The position numbers and the translations under genes are program-made. 64,000 nucleotides of DNA from assembly GCA_035084275.1 (NCBI GenBank), contig CM068754.1, forward strand, positions 12,214,001 through 12,278,000, given 5' to 3'. The notes beneath the pieces are model-generated. The model was not told where the DNA came from, did not search any database, and saw only the letters and a list, made by a program, of their open reading frames with translations. This document shows, piece by piece, positions 20,403 to 35,194 of the stretch (position 1 is its first letter; the number at the start of each line of letters is the position of its first letter). Origin of the DNA: Hydrolagus colliei (Eukaryota).

Positions 20403-21759
20403 TCACTGATCCTGTAGCTTTGAACTATACCGAATCCAGGTGCAAAAGATGGGTTTTCTTTAATAATAAACTTTGTGCTGGTTGCAGTTTTAATAGAGCT
20501 GGTGGGAAGTATAAGAAGTGTAGGCCATCTCTTTGAGTCTCATACTGTTTGTCACACTTTGTATGGTACTCTGATTGGCAACTTCAAAGCAACGTTTTTC
20601 TTCACATCTTCTGCACTAGTATGATACGGAAAATTGGATCAAAGCAGAATCTGTAGAATAACTGGTTTATTTCGAGTTTCCAATCTTTTCCAGCTATCTT
20701 TGTCAATGATACTTTCCACATATTCCACTCAAGTTAGTGCATATAACTACAAGTCGAATTGATTCACATCACGGTTTTGGGGATATCCAGTTGATTCAGA
20801 AATACTGCAGTTCCATGCTATTTATATAAATCACTGGAAGAAGGGTTCAGCCATTCTATACGTCCAATGAAGGATGCATCATGACCATTGCTGCTTTTTA
20901 CACATATGTGCACTGATTACCAATGAGTTTATAGAAAATGGCTTCAAAAACAATTCCCTTCTTGGTTCCTCTCATTCTGGTTAGATATTCAAGATTTTGT
21001 TCAAGTGCAATTGTACCAGCGTATACCATATGTTTACATACATATATTTTTTAATGAAGAAAGAAGTAAACAATTATCAAGAGATAGCCATATATGGGTG
21101 GATTCACTGATCCTGGGGACAATGTGTTTGAGGGTTGAATCAGTATGTTGTCATTGATGAACTATTTATGAGCCTGAATAAAAGTGTTCAAGCACTACAT
21201 GGCCTAGCTCTACTGTATCTATTTTATATTGATCTCATGTAAATAAAGAGTATCTGGGAAGGGGAAAGCCAATATAGCATTTGATGAATTTGAAATTAGA
21301 ATTGACAAATCATTACAATTTGTATGAAAGAAGCATTTTCATATGAATATCCAATGATCTATATCTTGAGGCTTTAAATTAATATAACTTTCAAGACTAA
21401 CATGTTTTGTCGTTACTCCAGGAAATGTAACCTTTCTACTGAAGGTCAGAAAATACACCCTGTGTGGCTGGAGAGACAAATATCAAGTTGTGCTCAAATC
21501 CCTTCTCCACCTCCGACTGAATTCACTCAATAGCAACATGACATCATTGGAGCTGAAATTGTCACAGGAGCATGCTGTGAACAAAGGCAACAGAATCAAA
21601 ACATATCAATGTGTTTTTTGCTGGGATTGGACATGGTTAGAAAAAAATAGATATTTAATTTTTTTAAATGTAATAATTACTAAATGAGGTGTAATGACTA
21701 CACATAAACATGACAGACAATATGATATTCTCAAGCATGTAACTGTTGTAGGATTATAA

Positions 21760-21980
21760 TACAATACAATTATATTTATATATAGCATCTTGAAGAACTG
21801 GCAATGCTCTGGAGGTGGGGCATGAAGAGAGTAGAGGGAAATGACTGAAAATGTCGTTGAAGAGGTAAGGCTTAATTTAAGGCCAGAGGTGCTGACATTT
21901 TGGGATGGGATTTCTGATAACAGGGACAGTATGGTTAAAACAATGGTGGGTTGGTGGGGGATATAAAGCATGCCAGTTAA
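21760..21980 (-). mobile_element. Decayed L2 LINE 3' end
   Basis: Same layout as the 28071 and 49690 copies (tail, purine-rich 3' UTR, GAAGAGGTAAGGCTTAA) but much more diverged. Confidence 0.45.
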
Positions 21981-22789
21981 ATTAAGCGCAAAATGAACAA
22001 AAATATTCAAAATAAGATAATAACAATGACAACTATATCTGTTGAGATTAACTCTAAATATAATTAATTGTGCCAAAGCTTCTCTATCGAAATTCCACCC
22101 ATAGTTTCTCACCATTTCAAAGTGTCAGGTTTTTACAAATTTTTAAGTACAGTTTTTTAAATTTGAATTTTTTTTGTAAGTTCTTTCAAGAACTAGAGAA
22201 AAATGACTTAAAAGTTAAGATTGAATAGAAGAATTCGGCAAATTCTGCCTGCATAGAAATGCAAAAAAAAAAGTGTAAATGTAGACACGTGGAATATTTT
22301 TGTTATAAATTTATTGGATTTGCAGGTGGTGAAGCGTATTATGGAACATTCACTTCTGACGCACTTCATTTTTGCAGAGAATGCCTGATTCTCTTTGTAA
22401 TATAATCTTTAGAGTGTTTGTGCTGCACAGTACTGTACTGCTCTAATTGAGCTCTATGTATCCATTTCGTATGACATTAATCCCTACAAGAATATTCCCT
22501 AGAAAGTTTCCAGCAACTGTCTGATTCTATTCTATGTACTGTAAATGCTAATATAGAATGTACTTCATTGAAACTGAGTTGTCTCAGAATCTGAGCAAAA
22601 TAATTAATCCTTAAAATGAGAAAGAGCTTTGTCAAATATATTTGTACCACTTATCTGGGGGTATTCTTTCTGTAAGCTTGCCAAGGCTTGGGGAACCCAG
22701 AGTGTGTGTTGTACTGTACTCTATATGGTGTATGGTTATTTCCTTATAGATCTAATCGAGTCACAGGTTGCTACTAAAATTGGACTTTA

Positions 22790-23060
22790 GTGAGAATGAC
22801 AGTCACAAGAGAGATTAGAATGAAGATGAAGAAGCAGTTTGGCTCATTTGATCTAACCTTCTCTAGATATTTACCTGTTACAATATCATTCTATTCAGCT
22901 TCAATGTTTTTTTAAAAAAGCTCTGAATTCAAACCTCAACCATCTTTTCTGGTGGTTCATTTCAGACATTGATCACAGTTTGTAAAGAAATACTTTCAGG
23001 CATTTTTCCTTGTTGCCTTTCACAACCTTGAGTCTTTTGTCCTGCTGTCTTGGCATAACT
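22790..23060 (-). mobile_element. Decayed CR1 3' fragment
   Basis: CCTCAACCATCTTTTCTGGTGGTTCATTTCAGACATTGATCAC resembles the antisense of the CR1 terminal WN.LP..VV region seen at 18720-18790. Confidence 0.5.
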
Positions 23061-26000
23061 GAAAGTATTGTTCCAGTTTTACAAACAACCTTTATATATC
23101 TTCACCAAGATACCCAAACTATACGTCTGAACCAGAAAGGACACTTGATAATATCTCAGCCCAAGTTACTGTGGCAATTGTTTGCAAATTTGAAAAACAC
23201 AGATGCTTGGATGTATTATTCAGTGATTATGGGGTTATGCACACATTGTCTTTTTTTTGTACTTTGTATCGCTCCTTAGGTATTACTCTTTGTCTTGACC
23301 TTTGTCTTCTTTCTACATATTCTCAACGTTTGCTATTTCAGCCACGATGCTCTGGTCTTTGAAACTGTCTCCCCAAACCCCTCTTCCTTGTTCCTTCTTT
23401 ATTCACGTTCAACATTTTATAAACCTATCTCTTGAAACATGTCTATGGCTTTGATGTACCTTTGATTAATACCCTCAAACATTTCCTCCTTTCCGCCATG
23501 GTTGCTGATACCTATTGTGGTTATGAAGCATTTGAAGTATTTATTCTAATTGAAAGGCAAAATCCAGATTGTTTCTTTCTCATCTAACTGGAAACTGCTG
23601 TTCCAGTTATCGAAAAATAAAATCTGCTAAACATTTAAGTCTGATACTGCCTCATTAATTTTCTATGTATTTTACCTGTAGCTTTCCTCTTTGTTTTGAG
23701 TTGGCACAATACAAGAGATGCAGAAATGCTGTCATTCTATCTGTTTCTTTTTGACATTTTTCAATATGTAGCTGCAGCTGGATGTAACTCTAATGTAGAT
23801 AAATATCCCATAAAATTGAACTTGATGGGTTGCTGAAAATATAAAACATTTGGGGTGCACAAGGTATAAACCTGTAAAAAGAACTAGGCCACCTCTCAAT
23901 GAGGGTGGACTGATTTGCGTTAAGCCAGTCATTACATCCTATTGACCTGCCTAACTTTGGGATAGAGTGGAGTTCTGGAACAAATCTCTGTGAGCTGCAA
24001 ATTGAATCACAGTTATGTACCATCATTGGATGGATACCATCTCAAAATCATTGTCTGACCAGCAAGGCTTTGCTTTATTATGGATTCAAACGTTTCTACA
24101 TGATTATCTTAACTGCTTAGTATTGGGTAAGGAATGATACATTAAAACTTTCTTGACAAAGTTATTGAGTGTTGAAGGCAACAAACAATATTCGAATTCG
24201 AGTGGCCCATAGGAATTCAGATGCTGCTGTTTGTCTTTCATCTGAGAGTTAACCATTCTGTAGTGGTGTTGTCATCATTAAAAACAATGCAAACAAACTT
24301 ATAACATCCATCATACCATTGATGAAGGCAAAGACGTGAGTGATTATTTATTTATTTAGTTTGATGTAAACTAATTGAATAATTTGAAAGAATTACACAT
24401 TATCAGGGTATATTTATTGCTAAGCCAAATACATAAAATATTATTTCATGATAAATTCAAAGAAATGACCATTAAAACTTTTTTTTTACACTGTAACATA
24501 ATTAAAGGCAGAAGGATCAAAAAAGCTGTTGTGGATAAATTAACTGCTGCTTTGAAAACTATTGGTTACCACAGACACGTGAGTCATTTTTACTGGTTTT
24601 GTTTTGTTCTTTATGAAAGAACAATGTTTGGTTTGTAAGAGTGAAGTAATGCAAACAAGCATTTTTTAACTGATTAATGGACTTTTCTACTGGTATGGTT
24701 CAAATTATAACAAATGCCTTAACTTTGTAATGTTGATGGAAATATTTTATGACTGACGAGGTTAGATTTTTTATTGCATTGCAAAAAACAAATTATGAGA
24801 ACTTTGCTTCATGCTCTCTACTTTAATGTTTCTTTTCACCTGTGTTTGATTATGTAAACCATAAACACTGTTTGGACAGTGTTGTACTGCAGTTTATTCT
24901 TCAGTGGACATTTTAGATCTATTCCTTGACCATGCAATCCAGACATTTTGTTAGTGTTTTAATTGAATTTGTCACAACTAAAGAAGAAATACCATAGTTG
25001 TCAATTCAAGTCAAGATAAATTATGAATTGGTTACTTTTTGTAACAAATAGATTTATGGGCTAAAATATGATTCATTTATTAAATGTGACAAAGGAATAG
25101 TAGAAACTGATTATTCTTTATTTGTTTAATTGTAAGGAATCTTCGGCCTGAAGTTTCATCGGTCTCAACATTTAAGAACATGCATAATTATGGAAAGTGT
25201 TTCAAATTTCATCTTCTTTTCAAAGATGACTATTTTAAAGAATGGTATAGAAACTGCTAGACTGGCCACATTGCTGCACAATCTTTTTTTAAGACAAACC
25301 ATTTTTACAGGTGAGGACTGTGGTGGAATTTTGGGCCTCCCATTCTATCCAATTTCAATATACTGAGACTCTACTTAAAATAATCTTAATAGGGCTGCAA
25401 TTAATAATGGGTTCTTGTTCTGTCCACTTTGCTAAAGCTAGTGAATGGATAGAACCAAGGTTGTTAAGAATGTGAAGAGTGAAACACAGCTATGTTGTGC
25501 GGGTGTCAAGACAGATCCAAATGTGAGGACATGTAGTTTGGGCTTGACCTTATATCATTAATCTTATGGAACAGAAAAATATATAAACTATTCCAACTGA
25601 ACCTCAAGAAAATGGTATAGAAGGGTTCATTGGCAGAATTTGGATGCAGCATTTTTGCTTGGTAGTTGGAAATTGGAAAACATTTCTTTATCAATCATTT
25701 TCTCATATTTTTACTGGAGTGCACATCCACACATATAAAAGTTACCAGCAGAAAATCTGCATCATTATAAGGAAACATTATCATACATAAATGTTCTAAT
25801 AAAATTCGATGTACATTATAATTTTGAACTGATCAGCTTATCAAATTATGAGCTATATTACATTAACTGTATTTATATTATATTAATTTGTTTGTATTAT
25901 AAATCAGAACTAGCAGGAGCCTGATTAAACATGTGCCTTCAAGCAAATTGCCTGTTAATTTGTACTGCAATGAACCCTCGTAGTTTCAGGCAGTAATTTG

Positions 26001-27062
26001 TTTTAACATTATAATCACTGCATTGCAATACAGTGTAAATTGATGTTCAATATGATGTTTGCCACTCTATTTGTGATAAGTTGATCAGTTTTCACTTTCT
26101 GACATTATGTTTCCAATTTTCACAACATAAAATCAGAAATATAGTAATATCTAAATACAATTTATTGAACTTGTATAGTTATTGTAATACTACTATTATA
26201 CTATTAATGTACATTTGGGATAGATTTCTGAGGGTGTTGTGAGGGAAAACAACAGTACAGTATCTCGGTATACCACTGCCAGAAAGAAAGCAGCAACATT
26301 AAACAATAAAGTTAAGGTTTTCAACTTTGCAAAAAAACACACTGTGCTATTTATCTGCCGGCACATGGGCAAAAAGCCAAGTATATGTGTATATTTAAGA
26401 GCTTCTTGGAACAGGAACAGATGGCAACTGTGTCAAATCTATTTGCAGAAAGCAAAAATCAAAACAATTCACTGTGGGCAGCCATGTGCCCAACATGGAA
26501 TGAATTACAAAAAGGGTAAGATGTTTTTGACTTATTTTGGTCTTATTTTACAATCAGCCGTTTGTATGGCCATTTAATCTTTCCTACATATATGCCAGTG
26601 CTCTCATGTTAGCAACAGATTGGAAGTGATGTGATAAGGACAAAAGGCTTGTAATTCACATATCTATCTATGCAATTCTATGTACCATGAATATCTGGTC
26701 AATATCATTTTTAATATCAATAATAGGGATAATGCTAATGGGAAAAAATCAAATTGGCTTCACTATAGCATCTCTACTCCTGCATACAAATATTATTACA
26801 TCCAGTTACATTATATTCATTACAACCTTCCACTTATGTGAGTTCAGTCAAGCACTGATGCAAGTGATAGGATATAAGTCCTTCCATCATATAGGCAGCC
26901 AAAAAGTTCTGTATATAATTGTTTATTTTTCTCTAGAGGTAGAATATAATTATGTTATATAACATAAAGAGAACATGCATAATAATGAACAATTATTTAT
27001 AGTAATTATTTATAAGATAATAATAAAACATACATAATAGAACCTGTATGATTTTATTATGT

Positions 27063-27365
27063 GGAGTCCTGTAGCTCAGTGGTTAGAACACTCACCTTAC
27101 AAGCGAGAGATCTGGGTTCAATTCCTGGCAAGGCGAAACCTTGGGCAAGTTTCCTTACTCCACACGACTGATAATAATCCCTCAAGAAAACAAAACAATA
27201 ATAAATTAGTCATTTCAATCCGATGCTATTTGTGAGACACGGTTGTGCGCAATTGGCTGCCACATTTTGCCCACAAATATAATCAATTCACTTTACAGTA
27301 TATTCTTTAAGACACCTAGAAGATGTGTTATGCACCATATCAAATGCAAGGATTAATATTATTAT
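27063..27365 (+). mobile_element. tRNA-derived SINE, full length
   Basis: GGAGTCCTGTAGCTCAGTGGTTAGAACACTCACCTTACAAGCGAGAGATCTGGGTTCAATTCC head, then body and tail. Confidence 0.93.
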
Positions 27366-27754
27366 ACATTATACACTATCCTAATCCTCTTTACACAATG
27401 TGGCTTAGTTTGCATTGATCCCAATTAATGAAAAACAATTCTATCTTTAGAAGGCTGGATGCTATTTAAGAAGACCTGTAGTGAATCATAATGAAATACA
27501 CTATCAATGTTCATCAGTCTTCAACAATCTTTATCATCATAAAATATGCAACACTCACTTTGCTTGAAATTTTGATAAAATAAATACATTTTGACTGATA
27601 TAATAAATGCTTAGAGTTTTTGCACTAAGAATGCAGTTTAGACTTTTGGATTTTATCAATTGTCACCAGTTGTTCCATAAGGCATTGTCATTTGCTGTCG
27701 TACAGTTCTGTAGAGAGAGATTATATTTAATGTGTGAGCTTAAATCGTAAAAAT

Positions 27755-27905
27755 GTCAGCAGGGTTTCCAGGCAAGAAGATGTCATGGCTCATCCCAATC
27801 CTACACTCACCTGTGTCCACATATAAACTCTGGCTGCCTTTCTCCATTCCATGGCTTGAAGCAATTGCTGCAGAAACTGAGATCCACTAACTGAGATCCA
27901 CATCT
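27755..27905 (-). mobile_element. Old SINE relic (LmeSINE1/AmnSINE2-like)
   Basis: rc GTGGACACAGGTGAGTGTAGGATTGGGATGAGCCATGAC resembles the recalled consensus GTGGACGTCGGGTGAGGACAGGATCGGGCTCGGCTGTGA; family name unverified. Confidence 0.4.
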
Positions 27906-28070
27906 TGTAATTTTCTGCACAAACTGAGATCCTATCACAAATCTATTGTACAAAGGCACTTGTGGACTGTATTATTTAGCGCTACATCAGAGACTAGACT
28001 TGTTTATATCCGACTCTTATCAAAGGAAAAATACGAGAAATGATTTGGTGAGTGCTATCTACAAAGCTAC

Positions 28071-28336
28071 AAAAATAAAATTACATTCATAGAATGCCTT
28101 TCATGTCGGGAGGACGTACCAAGGCGCTGAACTGTCAGGGGTCGGGACCCTAGCATTGGGGGAGGGGCAGGGTCGTGGAGAGGGAGAGAAGTGGGAGAGT
28201 GGCTGAAGGTACAATCGAACAGGAGGGTCTTGAGACCAGGCTTGAAGGAGAGGACATAAGCTGCAGACTTTTGGATGATCTGCACCTTGTGAAGGAAAGT
28301 GCTGGGAAGGCTGACGGGAGTATCCATAGTCAAGTC
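28071..28336 (-). mobile_element. L2-clade LINE 3' fragment with internal deletion
   Basis: Minus-strand translation LPSTFLHKVQIIQKSAA...SFKPGLKTLLFD matches L2 RT C-terminal motifs (LP..LHKLQ.IQNSAA; SFK..LKT.LF), followed by a C-rich UTR and a GCGCCTTGG..GAAAGGC tail. Confidence 0.8.
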
Positions 28337-31300
28337 AACGACAAAGATCATTCAAGAAGGCATTACTGTATCACAAAACAAAGTGGACATATAGGAGAAA
28401 CTGCCAGACAATATACAAGACCACCTAATAATAGTAAAAGGTAAAGATTCTCCAGAAACATAGAAAAAAGACAAGTCGCGAAGTCTGAGTTCAGTTTCCC
28501 AAATGCTATGAAATCCAATAGTTTTCTGTACACTATCTTGGGTAACAGGCAGCATATATATATGAATACTTAAGACTGTCTGCTTTTTGTAGTAGGTTTG
28601 AATCAATATTTTTCATGAGGCCATCTATTTTAATTGCATTCCTTATACCAGAACAAGATCATATTCCCTTTAAAATTTTTATTACATCTTGTAATTTTCT
28701 GCTGAGTATCATCAGATGCAAATACACTATAACCTCTGAATTGAGGTAAATTGTATTCTTCTCTTGCAGTTAGACCTAAATGTTGAGAAATCTGGTAATA
28801 TATAACATTTTAAAAATACACCATAAATTGATCTATTTCAATTCTCAAAGAGGGACATTCGAAGGTGTCTTAATTCTTGACATAAAACTTATAATTACAA
28901 TGATGATGACCTACATTCTCCGCTCTTTCAACACAGATTGCTTCAGAGTGTCAGTCTCATAATATGGTAAGTGAAATATGTCCCTTGACCGCACTACAGT
29001 TGTTTTGTATTAATGGTGTCCCATGAATAATAAATCTTTAATAGTACTCAAGCACATGATGGCGAGAGTGGTTTGGTAGGTTCATGGAGGATTGCCTTCC
29101 AGACATCAGGGATTGCATTTTATTCTGTTGTGCCTGTGCGTGACCTTCATATATCAATGTGATCTTCCTGCTCAATCCTTTTATTATAGTCAGGGTTTAC
29201 TGAACCTTAGTTGCACTGTTTTTGTCAAACAATATTGGTGTTAGATGATAATCTTTTCATAAGCAATATGGTGGAAGTTTAAAGATTTTAGAATAATTTT
29301 AAAGACTTGTTTAGTGCCTTTTTGAAAAAGGAGATTTAGGGTGATCAATTTTTTAAAATGTATTACTTTCAATGGTATTACAGTACTTTCAATTATAATG
29401 CAATCAGTCCCCATTTTCCAAAGATATTGTTTGTGAATTGAGAACACCAAGTAAAGCACATATTGAGGTGTGGATAACATTAGCAATTAGGTAGTCTAGA
29501 ATGTAATGATATTTGAAACCCTTTGCTCCCCTCATACAGTAAGTATAACAATAACAGAATATAATTTGATACAAATTCTGAAAAGTTTTTTCACAGACAC
29601 ATTAACTTGTCTCTTTGTGCTAAATTAGATGACATGGGAAACATATATACTGTATATAATATTTACATTTACAGGAAGCAGTGGTAATGGAGTCAATTGC
29701 TCCTCTGTTGGCTTTCGCTAAGCAGCACCACCTTTACAACAAAACTTTCAATCATTAATTTTTCCTAGCTAACCTGGCTCCAATATGTTCAACTAAAGTT
29801 TCATGAAGAAACCTGTTGAACTTCACTTGGTCACGCCTAACTTCACTGCTCTCTATTGCATATTAGGCTCAACCAAAGATAACCATATTGGTATTCTTTC
29901 TAAAGAATGATGGGTTTTCAATACATCTCATTGTTGTTTACAAACAACGTCTTGTACTCATTCTTGAAAATGTGGGGATATTGTAAGCTTCCCAACAATC
30001 TATGATTTTCCATGAGTTAAAATAGATTTTGAGGAAGCAGCACTAATTTAAGGGGACAACAAAAATAAGAACCAAATATTATTGTAAACTATAAAAGCAT
30101 CGATGAAAGGTTTAATCATATAACAGTCTGAAAATCTTACGATTGATTTCAAATTAAATAGATGGTGTATCATTTGCAGAACTTTAAATCTGATTCCCAC
30201 CAGCACTGGACTGTCTATGGTCAAAAACCCAACTAGGATTGATGCCTTCTGCTTGTCAAGGCAGGGAGGCAAAGAAAGAACAACTGTGCATTTGTTATGG
30301 AGGTGCCCTAAATTAGTCCTCCTTTAGGATCAACTGTTTAGCTGTTTGAGGAGTAAGATTGTCAATATGAGGTACACCCCCACCCCACTTTATTGTTGGC
30401 AGTTTGTGAAACACACCTATTGATTTACCTTTTGTCTGCAAACAAAACAATTCTCAGATACTGGAAAATGCAGCATAAAATTTACCTCAATACCTGGTGG
30501 GCTTTGTATCTGGCTTGATTTATAGATTTGAGTGAACTTTGGGATACAACATAAGAATGATCCATAGAAGTATTGTTTCTTTGTTGACTGCCACAAATCA
30601 TTTTGTGTTGGTTTCACTTCTTACAAACTGAAAAAAAGCAAGGCATCATATCAAAACAGTACACATTAAATTGTACATTGATTGTACTATGTAAGTTGTA
30701 TCCATGTATATTGTTAGTAAGTATTTGATGCTGAGACTGCTATACACATTTTGTGGCAGCAAAGGTGTTGAAATTAGGTTTGTTTAGACAAAAAATATAT
30801 TTTGATGCTGGTTTCTCCTGGAATAGATGTTTGTCACTCTGAATTTGAATAGTTATTCTATGTTATTTTCCCTTTTATTCTATTTGTGTTTTTGATAATC
30901 AGAAGAAATAAATAAACAGAAATAGAGATGATTTCATTCTCCATCAGCAAAGAAGGTTAAAACACAATTTAAACTTCATTACATAATGACTTGCCATCAT
31001 GGAATCCCTTGCTATGTGCCAACTAGATGTCTAACAATTGACCTTCTTTCCTTTACTTGTTCAACAAGCTGATCCAATTTTTTGGCAAAGGTGAATAGGA
31101 GGCCATTTTTGCCTGATTCATTCATGAGTAAGCAAATATATAATCCTCGCTACAGAGGTTGTGAAACATTTTCTGATGGCTTCAACTGTTGGCACCCCAA
31201 ATCAGAGGATTAATTTTTGGGTTATTTGACTGGAATAGACAGTTGCTTTATGGACGAGTTTCAGAGCTGGGTGAAAAGGAAGAAAGTCCTCAAAATGCTG

Positions 31301-32110
31301 TTGGGAACCTTGGCAGGGATCATGCTGAGCTGTTGTCATACTGATGAGGAATAATAGCTCTAGTTTATTTAACATGTTCCCATTTTTAACAACTCTAGTT
31401 GATGTAAATAGAAACAAAAATATCCTGAAATAGAATGAAAAGGTTCATTCATATGACTGAGAGCATAAACAGATTATGAGTGTCAAGTAGTTCAAAGACT
31501 GAGCTGTGAGCCTTGCATGTTGTAACTAGTGGAAGTCATGATTAGTGATGCTACACAACTACAAATTGCCAATTCAGTATGTCCGATTTCTGAGTAGAAG
31601 TGAACTCTATGCCTGGCATTCCTTTATATTCCACAATGAGGAATTTGGACATTCCTATGATAAATTATCAATTGCGAATCCAGTGTTGTTTCCTTTGCAG
31701 CATCTAATAGTGAGATAATCTGATATTGCTCTGTTTATATGTCTAAGTCATTCCATTTATAATTACCATAGAGGTTGTGCATAAGGTCTGTAATGTGTTT
31801 CTTTATCTATAATCTAACCACCCAAATCATAGTTTACGACAACAATCAATCTTTTTTTTCCTTTCTACTGTCAGCAAGTGTTATTGAATAGATGAAGATA
31901 CCTTGAACTTATTGTTCAGAATTATGTTATTTAAAAGGTAGGTGTAATACAGATCCAGTTCAAAATGTGCCTGTAATACAGAGAACTGAGCCAGAAGCCT
32001 GGAGTTGGTAGGTTTACATCATTGTTATCCTGAACTAAGTACAAGTTAAATGTTGCTCTGTACATGTGCATGAGTATGCATAAATCCAGAGTACCATTCA
32101 CCACAATTCA

Positions 32111-32267
32111 AATAATAATAATCCTTGCATTTGATATACCGCCTTGTCATGTCTTCAAGATGTCTCGAAGTGCTTCAGAGAATTATACTGTAAAGTGAAT
32201 TGGCTGTACATTTTGTAGGTGAAACCCAGCAGCCAATTGCGCACAGCAGTGTCTCACAAACAGCTGT
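32111..32267 (-). mobile_element. SINE 3' half
   Basis: (AAT)n-CCTTGCATTTGATATA...CAGCCAATTGCGCACAGCAGTGTC. Confidence 0.9.
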
Positions 32268-33413
32268 AAATTACTAGCTTTTCAAATATTATAATTAAAA
32301 GACTTATCTTATTTATTTTAAAAGCTAGAGATCCAACTTGTTGTATAACAACACTGAAAACCTGAATGACAATTTGATCAGCAATTTCCTAAATTTCAGA
32401 TTGGACAATATAACATATCTAGAAGAGTCTAATTTCAAGGCAATGCAGGCTGTTTTACTTTGTGGCACAAAAATGACTACTTTTAAAAATCTTTTATGGT
32501 TTGCATAACCTGTTTTGTTGAAAATAACCTCTGAATAATCTGCAAAGGCAAGGAGGGTAAAGTCAAAATTTATCTGGTTGTTTGTCAACATGAACACTTC
32601 CTGGTTTACTTTCTACTGTTATAACTAGAAAAAAACAAACAGTGTAGAGGCTCTGTGCGTAAATTTCCCTCTTTGAGATAAGCTCACTTAGGCTGGGATA
32701 AGTGTTTTCCAGCAAGACTTTTCGGGGCTATAAAGTGAATGTGACAGGGTTTAAAGAGCTTAAACTAGCAATAAAGAGGTTGTATGCATTTGTTGCAGGA
32801 TTAACCCGATTTATGGGTTTATTGTACATTGATTGCTGAGAAAAACAGATGCAATGATGAACAGTACAATAAAATTCTTAAGGTTTTTATCTAATTATGT
32901 GAAGTATTTGGATATGAATTGATGAAACATGCAGTACTTTCTCCTCAGTACAAATGTAGTTTATCAAAAATAATGCTTGAATGTGATATAGCACCTTATC
33001 ATGATGAAATGTCTCAAAATGTACAACAGCAACAAAATTACATTTAGAGAACAAATTTATACAAGAAGTTACCTTGAAGTTTATTGGCTGCTTCATAATC
33101 ATATTTTACTTCAATTTTTTTTAAAAAAAGGTTCATATTGCTTCACTAATTAATTCAATTTCCTCACTTAATTCCTTCAGTAGGAACTTTCTGAAACTAT
33201 TGGTCTTACTGAAGGAACTTCACAAAGTCTATTATTGGCAATATGGTAGGTATCAGCAAACCAATTCCTGTGATCGTGGTTGTATGAAATGGGGGCTCGC
33301 AGGGATGTGGAGATGTACACTTTTTTTAAAAAAATGACCAGATCAACTTTTAGTTCTTGTAGAAAAGGTCATTTATAAGATAGCATTTTCATTTTACATT
33401 GAAAGTTAAATAG

Positions 33414-33637
33414 CATTGTCTAAATAGCTTGAAAATCATGATAATTGCTTCTGCTTGAAACCCCTATTTGTGCTCTGACATGTTGAGACAACATCTTGAC
33501 TGTGACAAGAAACAGATAAAATCATTCCGCACAGTAATAGTCAAAAGTATTTATTTGGACAACAAATGGAACCAAAATTGACAATAAATCAGAAATTGAC
33601 TGGCACATATCTATTGAAGCAGAAAACCAAATGCTTA
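33414..33637 (+). repeat. Local direct repeat, copy 1 (~220 bp)
   Basis: Aligns by eye end to end with 34580-34827. Confidence 0.92.
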
Positions 33638-34579
33638 ATTCATTTTAAATGTATACTTACAGTAGGTCCTAATTAATTAAGTAATGTTGGGACCAAATAA
33701 TCTTGTACAGTTAAATGGATTGTCTGATAAAGTGGCATCTTCTAAAAAATATGTGTGTTTTCCCATATTATGATCCTTCTGAAACTCCACATAGCTTTTG
33801 CTATTTGGCACAAATAAAATAACACTATAATGACTTAAGGGAGTGTTATTTATAAAAGTTCTCATTATGTCTTCTGTGGTGAGTTTATGTTAGTTATTTA
33901 TGCAGTGTAATGCATTCAATAATTTTATTGGTGGTAGGACTGGAGACTGAATGACAATAATTTATGCAAACAAATGGTCTGCAATTGATCTCAAGGGCAA
34001 AATCTCACGCAGATAAGCAGTTTATGCAAATAACCACATTAAATTAAGTGAGTTGACATAGGAAATAATGGGAGACAAATTGGTACTTTATTCTCATAAA
34101 CAATTAGACGTGTGCAAATAAATGGAGTACTCAAGGAGTATAACCTACTGAAAGTGTTTTATGGTGCAGATTGTATTTCTTGTTTGAGAATCCAGTCTGT
34201 AATATCATTCTCGTCCACTACTGACAATGAAATATGTTCTAGTAGGGAATGGTAATGATGATGATAGCATAATGACATTCATCAGTCTACTGAACCTTAA
34301 TGTCTCCAGAAGTTAAAAGACAACCTGCAATGCTGTTTGTTCAGGACATTGTTTGTTAATGTTGAGTGAGGTTATGTTTTTAGCAATATTTACATTGTTT
34401 TTAATACTGTAATACAGTAATCGAAATAGGATAAGGGAGAGTAAAAGAGATCAGTAGATTTTTTTCATTTTCATAGCCCAGGTAAGAAAAAGCTATTGTA
34501 CTACTGTACTTCTGGTCAGTGTCTTGGTGGAAGTCTCTGTTTGCAAATTTCCATTACCAGTATAAATTTTGTTTACTCC

Positions 34580-34827
34580 CATTGTCTAAATAGCTTGAAA
34601 ATAATGATAATCGCTTCTGCTTGAAACCCCTATTTGTGCTCTGACATGCTGAGACAACTCAACACCTTGAATGTGACAAGAAAGCCAACTGTTTGAGCAA
34701 CAGATAAAATCATGCCGCACAGTAATAGTCAAGAGTATTTATTTGGACAACAAAAGGAACAAAAATATTGACAAGAATTCAGAAATTTACTGGCAGATAA
34801 CTATTGAAGCAGAAAACCAAATGCTTA
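34580..34827 (+). repeat. Local direct repeat, copy 2 (~245 bp)
   Basis: Same sequence as 33414-33637 with scattered substitutions and small insertions. Confidence 0.92.
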
Positions 34828-35194
34828 TGATACATCTATCATTCTGAATATATTATAACATACTCCACATCATGCAAGAATAGCAAACATAATGCAAGAG
34901 ACATAGGCATAGAAACAATATATAGAGAATTTATATACAGTGGTACAGTACCAAGGCTGGTGCCAAGTGATGGACGATTCAATACTTTCCAGTAGATGAA
35001 TGTGAATCAGAGAGAATTGCTTCTTTCATGTTCTGCACAATTTTAATATCTCATCTGCAACAGCTTACTTGTTTATTGGTGGCATATCATAGGATTTATG
35101 CATTGTATCAACTTGTGTTCCAGTACATAAACAATGCTTTAACCCCAAGCTCAGTGGAGCATTCGTAACTGCATTAGTTGGATATTTTATATTT

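Noticed and set aside
27063-27135. tRNA gene (Val-TAC-like); similar heads at 13141, 20055 and 57835
   Set aside because: Each continues into the SINE body and tail and has a broken cloverleaf, so these are SINE heads.
33414-34827. LTR/TRIM retrotransposon interpretation of the direct repeats
   Set aside because: No TG...CA termini, TSD, PBS or polypurine tract found; kept only as a duplication.
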